Part shown: positions 37,985 through 51,510 of the stretch, one piece after another
How the letters are laid out: every line of letters begins with the position of its first letter
Position numbering within the stretch: the first letter of the stretch is position 1
Assembly: GCF_006345805.1 (NCBI RefSeq)
Contig: NC_043025.1
Span: forward strand, 6,448,001 to 6,512,000
Origin: Octopus sinensis
Lineage: Eukaryota
Reading direction: 5' to 3'
DNA: 64,000 bases
Translations under genes and position numbers: made by a program
Notes under the pieces: model-generated
Told to the model about the DNA's origin: nothing
The model's database searches: none
The model's input: only the letters and a program-made list of their open reading frames with translations

Positions 37985-38939
37985 ATTGAGACCCCCTTCA
38001 ATCATGACTGACCGTGGGATTGCACCTAGAAGGTTACCCTCCCAGGCACAAGTCCGGGCAAGGTTGTTTGTGGAAGGCCAGCAGTCGCCCATGTATACCG
38101 GCCTTCCCTCTCCATGCCACCAGTGTTATCCAAGAGAAAGGCAAAGGGGCCGATACAGCTTGGTACCTGTGACGTCACAACTCATTTCTACAGTTGAGTG
38201 AACTGGTGCAACGTGAAATAAAGTGTCTTGCTCAAGAACACGACACACATCCTGGTCCAGGAATACATACATACATATATATTATATATATTCTGAGACC
38301 CCCTTCAGTCACAACACAGACCATGGGATTGCACCTAGAAAGTTACCCTCCCAGGCACAAGTCCAGGCAAGGTTGTTTGTGGAAGGCCAGCAGTCGCCCA
38401 TGTATACCGGCCTTCCCTCTCCATGCCACCAGTGTTATCCAAGGGAAAGGCAAAGGGGCCGATACAGCTTGGTACCTGTGACGTCACAATTCATTTCTAC
38501 AGCTGAGTGAACTGGAGCAACGTGAAATAAAGTGTCTTGCTCAAGAACACGACACACATCCTGGTCCAGGAATACATACATGTATATTATATATATTCTG
38601 AGACCCCCTTCGGTCACAACACAGACCATGGGATTGCACCTAGAAAGTTACCCTCCCAGGCACAAGTCCAGGCAAGGTTGTTTGTGGAAGGCCAGCAGTC
38701 GCCCATGTATACCGGCCTTCCCTCTCCATGCCACCAGTGTTGTCCAAGGGAAAGGCAAAGGGGCTGATACAGCTTGGCACCTGTGACGTCGCAACTCATT
38801 TCTACAGCTGAGTGAACTGGAGCAACGCGAAATAAAGTGTCTTGTTCAAGAACACAACACGCAGCCCGGTCCGGGATTCGAACTCACAACCTCACGATCG
38901 TAAGCTCGACGCTCTAACCGCTGAGCCATGCGCCTTCAC
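37985..38939 (-). mobile_element. SINE group C with body tandemly triplicated (~290 bp units)
   Basis: Single tRNA head at 38939 (GGCTCAGCGG; loop CTTACGA, Arg-like ACG; B box GAGTTCGAATCC); three bodies starting near TGAGACCCCCTTC at ~37988, 38295 and 38600. Confidence 0.9.
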
Positions 38940-39542
38940 CAGTGCATATGTATGTATGTATGTATGTACATACACACACACACACACACACTCATGTAGG
39001 CATTCATATAAGTGTGTGTATGCCTTCCCATGTAAATAAATTAAACATGTGTTAACTCTGTTTATATATATGCCGCTTCACCCTATGACACAGTCCACCT
39101 AGCTGTAAAAGGGTAACACAGAGAAAGAAAAGCAGAAGGCCATATTTACAGTGCCCTCACCCAACAAGCTCTTTATGCTCTTGTCCGACTGGGTGAATAG
39201 CATTAGTTAATTAGCCAGTTAATTAATTCAGTAATTTATTCATAGATTAATTAAGGTTTCCGGTGTGTGTATGCATGTACGGTTTGCTTTTTTTTTTTTT
39301 TTTACGTTTTCCATGTGAAAATATCTGTATTATTCAGAGGATGGTAAACAAGGAACTCATCTGGGATTAATTATAAAACATGATAAATGATGTTATGAAT
39401 ATCTTAAAAATCATTTCTGTGTAGCTGAAAACATTTATAAATGAGCGTGTGTGTGTATGGTGTGCGTATACAAATATATAAAGATGTGTATTTATACATA
39501 AAAACACACATGCACTTATATATGTATGTGTGTGTGTATGTA

Positions 39543-39588
<46 letters not shown>

Positions 39589-39589
<1 letters not shown>

Positions 39590-39985
39590 GGCGCAGGAGT
39601 GGCTGTGTGGTAAGTAGCTTGCTTACCAACTACATGGTTCCGGGTTCAGTCCCACTGCGTGGCATCTTGGGCAAGTGTCTTCTGCTATAGCCTCGGGCCG
39701 ACCAATGCCTTGTGAGTGGATTTGGTAGACGGAAACTGAAAGAAGCCTGTCGTATATATGTATATATATATATATATGTATTTGTGTGTATGTTTGTGTG
39801 TCTGTGTTTGTCCCCCTAGCATTGCTTGACAACCGATGCTGGTGTGTTTATGTCCCCGTCACTTAGCAGTTCGGCAAAAAGAGACCAATAGAATAAGTAC
39901 TGGGCTTACAAAGAATAAGTCCTGGGGTTGGTCGATTTGCTCGACTAAAGGCGGTCAAAATGACTGAAACAAGTAAAAGTGTAAA
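39589..39985 (+). mobile_element. SINE group A
   Basis: Full copy. Confidence 0.9.
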
Positions 39986-40011
39986 GAGTATATACACACA
40001 TATATACACAA

Positions 40012-40145
40012 ATACAGGGTGTTCAAAAAGTCTCTCCGCAGTGAAATTTTTTCACCCTGACTCTCCGAGATGTATTTCAAAACGTGTAGAAGAGTCAACT
40101 TATATTTTGAAAACGAAGGACGACACTTCTCAACACCTCTTATAA
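40012..40145 (+). mobile_element. Tc1/mariner-type deleted element
   Basis: TACAGGGTGTTCAAAAAGTCTC TIR-like start followed by a RRVNLYFENEGRHF transposase-end-like peptide. Confidence 0.5.
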
Positions 40146-40213
40146 AGATTTTTTTAAAGTCTTGTAAAGCTAATATATTCTTTTGTAGTCTTATACCATC
40201 TTATAAATATTTT

Positions 40214-40701
40214 TCTTTATATATAAAAGTGAGGTTGTGTGGTGTCTGTCTCCTACGATTTAGATTCCTAACTACTCCCACATTTTGCGGTGCAGTTTAA
40301 CCAAAAGCGGGTATCTTATAGTCGTGATTCATATCGAGCCCTTCTGTGTATTAGCGCGCGTCTACGATTTAAAAAAAAAAATTACCATTTTTTTCCATTT
40401 TAATGCATTTTTTCGCTATTATATCAGGGAAGTAACTCTCTAAAATTGTCTACGATGAGTCAACAATTTAAAAAAAAATTTACCACCGTTTTTTTCCATT
40501 TTTATGCATTTTTTCGCTATTATATTGGGAAGTAACTCTCTAAAAATGTCTGTGATGAGTCAACGATTTAAAAAAAAATTTACCATTGTTTTTTTTCCAT
40601 TTTTAATGCATTTTCTTGCTATTTTTTGGCTATAACTCTCTAAAAATGCTTATATAGTTATTTCCCTTACAAACCCGAGCAACGCCGGGCGATACTGCTA
40701 G
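40214..40701 (+). mobile_element. Non-autonomous Helitron with internal tandem repeats
   Basis: 3' end CCCGAGCAACGCCGGGCGATACTGCTAG|T identical to 55133-55520, different 5' half. Confidence 0.8.
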
Positions 40702-40887
40702 TTTTGCAATAAAATACTTACTGCAGCTAGAGGCGATATAAAACGATAAAGGAAAGATTTAATGCTCAGTAAGTGTGACTAAGGTTACTGAGCAGCACCT
40801 ACATTGCTAGAAATAAGTGTTAAAACCCTTAAGGTTGCATGAAGCACACAATTTATATTTACTGACATACATACAAATATATGTCTA

Positions 40888-41162
40888 TGCGTAGGAGTGG
40901 CTGTGTGGTAAGTAGCTTGCTTACCAACCACATGGTACCGGGTTCAGTCCCACTGCATGGCACCTTGGGCAAGTGTCTTCTACTATAGCCTCGGGCCGAC
41001 CAATGCCTTGTGAGTGGATTTGGTAGACGGAAACTGAAAGAAGCCCATCGTATATATGTATGTATGTATGTATGTATGTACGCCACTAGCTGGCGTATAC
41101 AGGTGCTTACACTTATCAAGTATTCACCTTAAATTTGCAGCACCTACTTTATGTATGTAGTG

Positions 41163-41197
<35 letters not shown>

Positions 41198-41400
41198 ATG
41201 TTTGTTCCTCACCCCCAACATCGCTTGACAACCGGTGCTGGTGTGTTTACGTCCCCTTAACTTAGCGGTTCAGCAAAAGAGACCGATAGAATTAGTACTA
41301 GGCTTACAAAGAATAGGTCCTGGGGTCGATCTGCTCGACTAAAGGTGGTGCTCCAGCATGGCCACAGTCAAATGACTGAAGCAAGTAAAAGAGTAAAGAG
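40888..41400 (+). mobile_element. SINE group A, interrupted
   Basis: Head 40888-41055, tail 41190-41400. Confidence 0.8.
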
Positions 41401-41465
41401 TACAAACAAAGATGCGCAAAAATATGTATATACAAATATACAAATACACAAATACAAACATCCAC

Positions 41466-41975
41466 AGGCGCAGGAGTGGCTGTGTGGTAAGTAGCTTGCT
41501 TACCAACCACATGGTTCCGGGTTCAGTCCCACTGCGTGGCACCTTGGGCAAGTGTCTTCTACTATAGCCTCGGGCCGACCAAAGCCTTGTGCGTGGATTT
41601 GGTAGATGGAAACTGAAAGAAGCCAGTCGTGACTGGCTCTTGTGCTGGTGGCATGCAATAAGCACCATTCATTCGTGGGTCATTACCAGTGCCGCCTGAC
41701 TGGCTCCCCATACCTGTGGCACATAAAAAGCAGTATCCAAACGTGGTCAATGCCAGCCCCCACCCATCCTGATTGGCCCTCGTACCGGCGGCACATAAAA
41801 AGCACCCACTACACTCACGGAGTGGTTGGCATTAGGAAGAGCATCCAGCTGTAGAAACATTGCCTGATTAGATTGGACCCTGGTGGAGTCTCCTGGCTTG
41901 CCAGTCCTCAGTCAAACCGTCCAACCCATGCCAGCATGGAAAGCGGACGTTAAACGATGATGAAGATGATGATGA
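41466..41975 (+). mobile_element. SINE with group A head and body B / (GAT)n tail
   Basis: Head continues into repeated GGTGGCAC(G/A)TAAAAAGCAC motifs, AGGAAGAGCATCCAGCTGTAGAAAC and GATGATGAT. Confidence 0.85.
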
Positions 41976-41995
41976 TATATATGTATAAGATATAT

Positions 41996-43280
41996 AGGCG
42001 CAGGAGTTGCTGTGTGGTAAGTAGCTTGCTTACCAACCACATGGTTCCGGGTTCAGTCCCACTGCGTGGCATCTTGGGCAAGTGTCTTCTGCTATAGCCT
42101 CGGGCCGACCAATGCTTTGTGAGTGGATTTGGTAGACGGAAACTGAAAGAAGCCTGCGTATATGTATATATATATGTATATATATATATATATATATCTA
42201 TATATATATGTATATGTAGTGTGTGTATGTGTTTGTCCTCCTAACATTGCTTGTCAACCGATACTGGTGTGTTTACGTCCTCGTTACTTAGCGGTTCGGC
42301 AAAAAGAGACCGATAAAATAAGAACTGGGCTTACAAAGAATAAGTCCCTGGGTCGAGTTGCACGATTAAATGCGGTGCTCCAGCATGGCAGCAGTCAAAT
42401 GACTGGAAGAAGTAAAAGAGAGTAAAGAGTATATATATTGAGAGAGTAAAGTACAGTATAGTGTGGTAGAGAAAAAATGAAGAAAATGCTGCAAGTGCGA
42501 GGTGTGAGCCAGGTTGGTAGACCAATAGATAAACAGATGCATTCGGTTGGCCTTCAGATCGGTAGATACAGGGAGAGGAAGAGAGAGAGACGAGCCAACA
42601 GATAACGAGAGAGAAAGATGTGTTGTGACATAGTTTTATCTTCTTCTCCTCTCCTCCATGTAATTCCACACCGGTGACTTTCTTTTTTCGGTACGCATCG
42701 TACAATTCAATATTTGAGAGCAGCCGAGGAACAGTAGTATGTACCAAGGTTTGTGAGTGTGAGTATAGAAACGTTTGTGTGTGTGTGTGTACACACATAC
42801 ACTTGTATGTAGTGAAGGATGTCTATTGTGTAACTGTCGTAACTATAATTCGGTCATATATCTGTATATATATATATATACAGGCACAGGAGTGGCTGTG
42901 TGGTAAGTAGCTTGTTTACCAACTACATGGTTCTGGGTTCAGTCCCACTGTGTGGCACCTTGGGCAAGTGTCTTCTGCTATAGCCTCGGGCCGACCAAAG
43001 CCTTGTGAGTGGATTTGGTAGACGGAAACTGAAAGAAGCCAGTCGCATATATGTATATATATATATGCGTGTGTGTGTTTGTGTGTCTGTGTTTGTCCCT
43101 TAGCATTGCTTGACAACCGATGCTGGTGTGTTTATGTCCCCGTTACTTAGCGGTTCGGCAAAAGAGACCGATAGAATAAGTACTGGGCTTACAAAAGAAT
43201 AAGTCCCGGGGTCGAGTTGTTCGATTAAAGGCGGTGCTCCAGCATGGCCATGTCAAATGACTGAAACAAGTAAAAGAGTA
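41996..43280 (+). mobile_element. Two further SINE group A copies (41996-42430, 42882-43280)
   Basis: Full heads and tails. Confidence 0.9.
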
Positions 43281-43644
43281 CACGTATGTATGTATGTGTG
43301 TATACACACACAGAGACATAAGACTGCATTAACATCCTCAGAATCATTGGATCTTAAACTTCCCAATCCCTGCAACCACGGAAGATGGATGTTATGATAT
43401 ATATATACATAGATAGATATGTGTGTGTGTGTGTATATATGTATGTGTGTTGTAAGTCCAAAATGCTCATTTTTCCAGAAAACGAAAATAATAGTTTCAC
43501 CATTCCATAGCAAAACTGTTGTACTACACTTTGACGATTTTTGATATCTGCAACCATGGAACATGGATGTTAAGATATATATATATGTAGATAGATAGAT
43601 AGATAGATGTGTGTGTGATTATATATATATATATATATATATAC

Positions 43645-43850
43645 TTTATTTAAAACAGCAGAAAATTCAACAGAAGCTGTTACTCTGAGTTTCACGTTTC
43701 CGTTCGTCGGAAAGTTCTAGCAAAAACTGTCCGACGAATGGCAATGCGAAACTCAGAGTAACAGGTTTTGTTGAATTTTCTGCTGCTTTAAATAAAGCAT
43801 ATTACTCTACCACTGGTATTTGAGTACTATTCTTTCCACCTTGTTTCACA
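43645..43850. mobile_element. Palindromic PLE-like element with two divergent hammerhead-like motifs
   Basis: Arms 43645-43711 / 43730-43796; minus motif 43677-43714 cttt-CCGACGA-ACG-GAAA-CGT-GAAA-CT-cag-AG-TA-acag; plus motif 43727-43764 with perfect CTGT/ACAG stem I. Confidence 0.65.
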
Positions 43851-43971
43851 TTTGTGTTTACTCTGGTGTATATATATATATATATAATAATAATATTTAA
43901 TCTTTCTATAATATGTCATTTTCTAGATGGTGTAATTTAATTTTTCATTATTGAATGATAAAGGTGGGTTT

Positions 43972-44039
<68 letters not shown>

Positions 44040-44263
44040 CTATTATGCAAAAGTGTTGTAAGTCCAAAACGCTCATTTTTTCAGAAAACGAAAACGAAAA
44101 TAGTTCCCCATTCCATAGCAAAACCGTTGTATACACTTGGGCAATTTTTTATATCTTGGTGTCTGAAGCAGCTAGTGATACGATAGTTTGATCAGAATAA
44201 ATATTGAAAGATACCCAATTTGGACATACGACAGTTTAACATAATTGCAACTATATATATTAT

Positions 44264-44294
<31 letters not shown>

Positions 44295-44364
44295 GTGCTA
44301 GCACGGAAAACGGACCTTAAACGATGATGATGATATATATGTGTACACATGACCATACATATGA

Positions 44365-44830
44365 ACAGGGTGTGATGGGTAAACTATCGTCTTGTCATAT
44401 TCTTAATTTTGTTCCTGCATATTGTTTGTTTTTGATTTTGTCGACTACAGAGTATTGTAGGGTCAGTTGGGCACCATCTGTGAGAAAACCAGCACCATGA
44501 CACAATTCATTCTGCCAGAAATTTGGAAACGTGCTATACTGCTTGGCATTTGTGTCAGAAGCCCCAATACGAACACTCCTGAGTGTTTGGGTGTCAATCT
44601 GAGGACAGTGCGTGTACCAAGAGTGATAAAAATCAAACTTCCAGTTAACATCATTGTGTTTGGAGTGATCGCAAGTGATGGTGATGCTATGCCTCTGGTC
44701 ATCTTCCCACACAGCCTCAGACTCAATACCAAAGCCTATATCAAGTGTCTGGAGGAGGTAGTGCTGCCCTGGGTCTAGAGAGTGGCTGCTGGAAGACCCT
44801 GTGTCTGACAACATGACTCTGCACCACACA
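44365..44830 (+). pseudogene. Internally deleted maT (DD37D)-like transposase
   Basis: ACAGGGTG terminus; EIWKRAILLGI..LGVNLRTV fused to KLPVNIIVFGVIASDGDAMPLVIFPHSLRLNTKAYIKCLEEVVLPWV*RVAAGRPCV*QHDSAP (QQDSAP-like catalytic motif). Confidence 0.8.
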
Positions 44831-45229
44831 AGCAAGTAAAAGAGTAAAAAAGAGAGTATACATTTTGATCAGACGACATCATCATCATCATCGTTTAACG
44901 TCCGTTCTCCATGCTAGCATGGGTTGGACGGTTCGACCGGGGGTCTGTGAAGCCAGAAGGCTGCACCAGGCTCCAGTCTTATCTGGCAGTGTTTCTACAG
45001 CTGGATGCCCTTCCTAACGCCAACCACTCCGTAAGTGTAGTGGGTGCTTTTTACGTGCCACCTGCACAGGTGCCAGGCGAGGCTGGCAACGGCCACGGTC
45101 GGATTGGTGTATTTTATGTGCCACCGGCACGGAAGCCAGACGAGGCGGAGCTGGCATCGGCCACGAGTCGGATAGTGCTTTTTACGTACCACCAGACCAG
45201 GGATCTTGGCTGGTTCAATTTGTATGAAT

Positions 45230-45540
45230 AAAGACACTTTTCTGTCTAGAAAGTTCTCCTCCGAGGCACAAGTCCATCCAAGGTTGTTTATGGGAGAGCA
45301 GCAATTACCCATGCATACCAGCCTCTCCTCTCCATGCTACTGATGTTGTCCAAGGGAAAGGCAAAGGGGCTGATACAGCTTGGCACCAGTGACGTTGCAA
45401 CTCATTTCTATAGCTGAGTGAACTGGAGCAACGTGAAATAAAGTGTCTTGCTCAAGAACACAACACACAGCCCAGTCCAGAAATCAAACTCACAACCTCA
45501 TGATTGTGAGTCCGATGCTCTAATGATTTTTGCCATGCAC
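45230..45540 (-). mobile_element. SINE group C
   Basis: Homologous to the 37985-38939 unit. Confidence 0.8.
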
Positions 45541-45829
45541 TTTTATATTTATTTATTATAATATATATATATATATATATATTAATATATATATATATAT
45601 AGAATAAATCTGTTGTGTAAATATGAACAGAAACACCCACACACACACACAACACACACACACACACACAACACACATATATATATATATATATAGATAT
45701 ATAACTCACGTCTACACACACAAATTATTGGCTGATTCCCTGTGAAAATTTGGATTCGATGGAACTTTTATTTCAGAAGTAACCGTACAATAACCCAGCT
45801 ATTAAATCATGTGTGTGTGTGTGTGTGTT

Positions 45830-45863
<34 letters not shown>

Positions 45864-46564
45864 CAGTATATTATATATATATATTATATAGGTATATATA
45901 TACATTAGGTACATATACATACATCTAAGTTGTTTGTCATATCTCCAATTCAAACAAACGTAGATACGCTAGTAAATCTATTTCATATTTTTAACCACAG
46001 TTAATGTTATAACATCATAAAAATATATGCGTGTGTGAGTGCAAATATATATATAAACACACATATGTATACACAATATATATAAATAATACATACATAC
46101 ATACGTACATATATACATATCTTCTATCTTCTGTGCATCTTTATAACTATCGTAACTTTTTTTCCTCTTTCAGGTTTTTTTAAATACTACTACTTCACAC
46201 ATATGCTTCCCCACACCCTCTTCTCATACACATCCATGTGCACACACACACACATACACGCACACACACACATTCACATTCTTCTGCAGCAATACTGCAA
46301 TACCTCACACACATACACACACACACACACACCACTCACTTGCGCACATACTAACCTGTTAGACATTTTTCCAACACAAACCAAGATGTGTAGACCGTAG
46401 TAAACCTATTTCATTGTATAACTGCTTCTCAAAGACTGCCTTTTCTGTTCAGTGCCAGAAATTACTTCACCCTCACCGCCCTCTTCAAGAACTCGTAACT
46501 CATAACTTTCTATAAAATCTCAGGTGTGACCCAGAATGGATGGTGCGCCATTCCTACATCTAGG

Positions 46565-47820
46565 AGGGTTTTGGTTGCAACAAAGCAACATATAGAGACA
46601 TTGTTTCTCCTTGGTTTATCTGACAGGTAGTAATATACTTTACAGCACCCCAGAAAATAGAAATCCTACTTCTATAAACATCAGGTGTGATCCTGAAAGG
46701 ATGGAGTTCTGTTCCAACATTATCATCATTGGAGTAAAAATTTTTGCCAACATAACACGGTAGTCCTGGTTTAGGATGAATGTTGCTGTAATTTAGCCCC
46801 TGGAGACATCATCTCCAGCTGGCTATATGACATGATTTGCAACAAAACAACATATAGAGACATTGTTTCTCCTTGGTTTATCTGACAGGTAGTAATATAC
46901 TTTACAGCACCCCAGAAAATAGAAATCCTACTTCTATAAACCTCAGGTGTGATCCTGAAAGGATGGAGTTCTGTTCCAACATTATCATCATTGGAGTAAA
47001 AAATTTTGCCAACATAACATGGCAGTCCTGGTTTAGGATGAATGTTGCTGTAATTTAGCCCCAGGAGACATCCCATTCGAAATATATAGTTTTCAAAGTG
47101 ACAACTAGTCACTGATTTATAAATTAGAAAAATTTTTTTTTTAAATCTCACAATGTGCGATATTCAGCATCAGTACTTTGTAGTAAAGATTGTTTGCCAA
47201 CATAACATGGCAGTCCTGGTTTAGGACGAATGTTGCTGTAATTTAGCCCCAGGAGACATCGTCTACAGCTGGTTATTCGACACGATCTGTGTCCTTATAT
47301 TTTCGAACAAGGGAATCTAGCACCCCGACTCAGCTCAAAACAATATCTGTGTATCGTGATTTCCGGGTTATTTCCCTTCATCAGCACAGAATAACTGTTC
47401 GGCTAGAGGTGGCGCTGCCAAATTCCCATTCGAAATATATAGTTTTCAAAGTGACAACTAGTCACTGATTTATAAATTAGAAAAATTTTTTTTTTAAATC
47501 TCACAATGTGCGATATTCAGCATCAGTACTTTGTAGTAAAGATTGTTTGCCAACATAACATGGCAGTCCTGGTTTAGGACGAATGTTGCTGTAATTTAGC
47601 CCCAGGAGACATCATCTCCAGCTGGCTATATGACACGATTTGTGTCCTTATATTTTCGAACAAGGGAATCTAGCACCCCCACTCAGCTCAAAATATCTGT
47701 GTATTGCAATTTCCAGGTTATTTCCTCTCATCAGCACACAATTGTTCGGCTAGAGGTGGCACTGACAAATTCTGTGCTGATGAAGGGAAATGACCCGGAA
47801 ATCGCGATACACAGATGTTT
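46565..47820. mobile_element. PLE/retrozyme-like tandem array with three hammerheads
   Basis: Duplicated blocks at ~46577/46841 and 47072/47425 (353-bp period); hammerhead folds at 47346-47390(-), 47696-47740(-) and 47771-47815(+). Confidence 0.7.
47771..47815 (+). ncRNA. Type I hammerhead ribozyme (best-formed copy)
   Basis: TCTGTG-CTGATGA-a-GGG-aaatga-CCC-g-GAAA-TCGCGA-TA-CACAGA: 6-bp stem I, intact core, palindromic stem III ATCGCGAT, AUA triplet. Confidence 0.8.
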
Positions 47821-47942
47821 TGTAGGATTATGCTCAAGATGGTCCCGTCAGTCATCCGTACCCTCCTTGCGGAGGAGATAGTGTTAGTTGAAGGCTACCA
47901 AACCTGCCACACGCAGACAACTTCAGCTTTATATATCACTCT

Positions 47943-48157
47943 CTCTTTACTCTTTTTACTCTTTTACTTGTTTCAGTCATTTGACTGTGGCCATGCTAGA
48001 GCACCGCCTTTAATCGAGCAACTCGATCCCAGGACTTATTCTTTTGTAAGCCCAGTACTTATTTATCGGTCTCTTTTTGCCAAACCGCTAAGTTACGGGG
48101 ACGTAAACACACCAGCATCGGTTGTCAAGTGATGTTGTGGGGACAAACACAGACACA

Positions 48158-48231
<74 letters not shown>

Positions 48232-48410
48232 TACGACGGGCTTCTTTCAGTTTCCGTCTACCAAATCCACTCACAAGGTTTTGGTCGGCCCGAGGCTATA
48301 GTAGAAGACACTTGCCCAAGATGCCACGCAGTGGGACTGAACCCGGAACCATGTTGTTGGTAAGCAAGCTACTTACCACACAGCCACTCCTGTGCCTATA
48401 TATATATATA

Positions 48411-48449
<39 letters not shown>

Positions 48450-48592
48450 GACGGCTTCTTTCAGTTTCCGTCTACCAATTCCACTCACAAGGCTTTGGTC
48501 GGGCCGAGGCTATAGTAGAAGACACTTGCCCAAGATGCCACACAGTGGGACTGAACCCGGAACCATGTGGTTGGTAAGCAAGCTACTTACCA
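47943..48592 (-). mobile_element. SINE group A with duplicated head
   Basis: Tail 47943-48140; heads at 48235-48395 and 48450-48592. Confidence 0.9.
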
Positions 48593-48744
48593 ACCATGAG
48601 TATTACAAATTTTATTGGTAAAATATTTTTCAATTTATAACATTGCTATTATGGGAAATTGTTGCTCTGCTTTAAGTGTTCTCTTTACAGCAATCTCCAG
48701 GAACAAATTCACTTCTATGTCAAGGCCTTGCCATACATGTATAT

Positions 48745-49125
48745 ATGTTTGAGCCAGTGTGGGAAACCTCTACATGGTAGCTAGATCTGGTAGAAATTGT
48801 AGCCAAATCTCCTTCAAAATCACACCATTCTGTCTTTTGTATGTATGGGCCAATGAGGGAGACCTCTACATGGTAGTTAGTCTTGGTAGAAATAGCAGCC
48901 AAATCTCCCTCAAATCACATCCTACTGTCTTATGTATGTATGTATGTATATATGTATGTATGAGCCAATGAGGGAGACCTCTACATGGTAGATAGACCTG
49001 CTAGAAATAGCAACCAAATCTCACTCAAATCACACCGTCCTGTCTTATGTATGTATGTATGAGCCAATGTGGGAGACCTCTACATGGTAGATAGATCTGG
49101 TAGAAATAGCAGCCAAATCTCTCTT
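48745..49125. repeat. Four tandem ~90-120 bp units
   Basis: GAGCCAATG(A/T)GGGAGACCTCTACATGGTAG...AGAAATAGCAGCCAAATCTC recurring, separated by (TATG)n. Confidence 0.85.
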
Positions 49126-49441
49126 ACTTACTACATTTGCTTATGCATGAGCCAAATCTCATTCGTGAAACCTGTCTTTTTTTTGTTTTCTGCCTCAAAA
49201 TGAGGCTTGCAACGTGTCCATACGATTGCATATTATTTATAGTACTAAACGTACACAGAACTATAAATAATATCAAATCATATACATAAATATATATATA
49301 TATATATATAATATATATAATATATATTTCACACACACACACTATATACATATAGTTTACAAGTTTTTGTTCTTTTCTTCTTGTTTATTAGTCTTTAGCT
49401 ATTATAAATTTTTCTCTTTCAGTTTTTGTCCTACTTTTCAT

Positions 49442-49478
<37 letters not shown>

Positions 49479-49599
49479 ATGCATGTTAATTCACCAGGCA
49501 TATTTCCAATGCAAACATGTGTTTGGAACTCGCTTAAACTATTTAACTATACTTATATAACTAGATGCATGTCTGTACGTACGGATCTGTATCCATATG

Positions 49600-49636
<37 letters not shown>

Positions 49637-49784
49637 AATATTATGGAATAAATCCAAACTTACAGGGAAAAATCAGATTTAGGATTGAATCCAATTTTAT
49701 AGTAAAATATTATATTATATTAAATTAGAGACAAAACGACTATTAGGCAAATCATACAATGAAAAACTTGAGCCAATACATATG

Positions 49785-49990
49785 TATGTATATGTCTCTA
49801 ATATAATATGATATATGTATATATATATATGTATGTATGTATGTAGTATGTATGTATGTAGTATGTATGTATGTAGTATGTATGTATGAAGTATGTATGT
49901 ATGAAGTATGTATGTATGTAGTATGTATGTATATATGTATGTATGTATATATGTATGTATGTATGTATATATATATATATATGTATGTAT

Positions 49991-50024
<34 letters not shown>

Positions 50025-50165
50025 GTATATATATGCATGTATGTATGTATGTATATATATGTATGTATGTATATATATGCATGTATGTATGTATGTATAT
50101 ATATGTATGTATGTATATATAATGCATGTATGTATATAATATATATATATATATGTATATATATG

Positions 50166-50218
<53 letters not shown>

Positions 50219-50366
50219 TATGTATTATAATATGTATGTATTATAGTTAATGTATGTATGTTATATATGTATGTATATATAGTATGTATGTATATATGTA
50301 TGTATGTATCTATATGTATGTATATATATGCATGTATGTATGTTATAGTATGTATATATATATATG

Positions 50367-50397
<31 letters not shown>

Positions 50398-51450
50398 GCA
50401 TGTATGTATGTATATATGTATGTATGTAATATATATATATGTATGTTATATATATGTATGTATGTATATTATTATGTATGTAAGTATATATATGTATGTA
50501 TGTATATATATATGTATGTATGTATGTATATATGTATGTATTATGTATTATATATGTATGTATTATATATATGCATGTATGTATGTATATATATGTATGT
50601 TATATATGTATGTATATATATGCATGTATGTATGTATATCTGTAGTATATATATGTATGTATATATATGCATGTATGTATGTATATATATGTATGTATAA
50701 TATATGCATGTATGTATGTATATATATGTTATATATATATGTATGTATATATATGCATGTATGTATGTATATATATGTATGTATGTATATATATATATGT
50801 ATGTATATATCTGTATGTATGTATAATATATGGTATGTTGTATATATATGTATGTATGTATATATATATGTAGGTATGTATATATATATTATGTATGTAT
50901 GTATTATATATGTATGTATGTATGTATATATATATTATGTAGTATATATATGCATGTATGTATGTGATGTATATTATATATATGTATTTTGTATGTATAT
51001 ATATGTATGTATGTATATATATATATATGTATGTGTATGTATGTGTATATATATATATATATGTATGTGTATATATATATATATGTATGTGTATGTATGT
51101 ATATATATATATATGTATGTATGTGTATGTATGTATATATATATATGTATGTATGTGTATGTATGTATATATATATATATGTATGTATGTGTATGTATGT
51201 ATATATATATATATGTATGTTGTGTATGTATGTATATATATATATATGTATGTATGTGTATGTATGTATATATGTATGTGTATGTATGTATATATATATA
51301 TGTATGTATGTATGTGTATGTATGTATATATGTATGTGTATGTATGTATATATATATATGTATGTATGTATGTGTATGTATGTATGTATATGTATGTGTA
51401 TGTATATATACATATATGTATGTGTATGTATGTATGTATGTATATATGTA
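49785..51450. repeat. ~1.7-kb (TATG)n/(TA)n compound microsatellite
   Basis: Direct reading; source of the 416-aa M/Y/V/C/I ORF. Confidence 0.95.
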
Positions 51451-51475
51451 TGGATCTCTGGATCTTTCCTTCTAT

Positions 51476-51510
51476 GTTTCCGACGAAGAGCTCTGCTCGA
51501 AACGTTAAAC
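51476..51510 (+). ncRNA. Hammerhead-like motif, CCGACGA variant
   Basis: GTTT-CCGACGA-a-GAGC-tct-GCTC-GAAAC-GTT-AAAC with fully paired stems I and II. Confidence 0.55.

Noticed and set aside
46771-47151. 126-aa ORF with CYVGK (GIY-YIG-like)
   Set aside because: It spans junctions of tandemly duplicated blocks and the motif match is too short to call.
47403-47419. CTCF-like AGGTGGCGCTG
   Set aside because: The 5' half does not match the CTCF consensus, and it lies inside a repeat unit.
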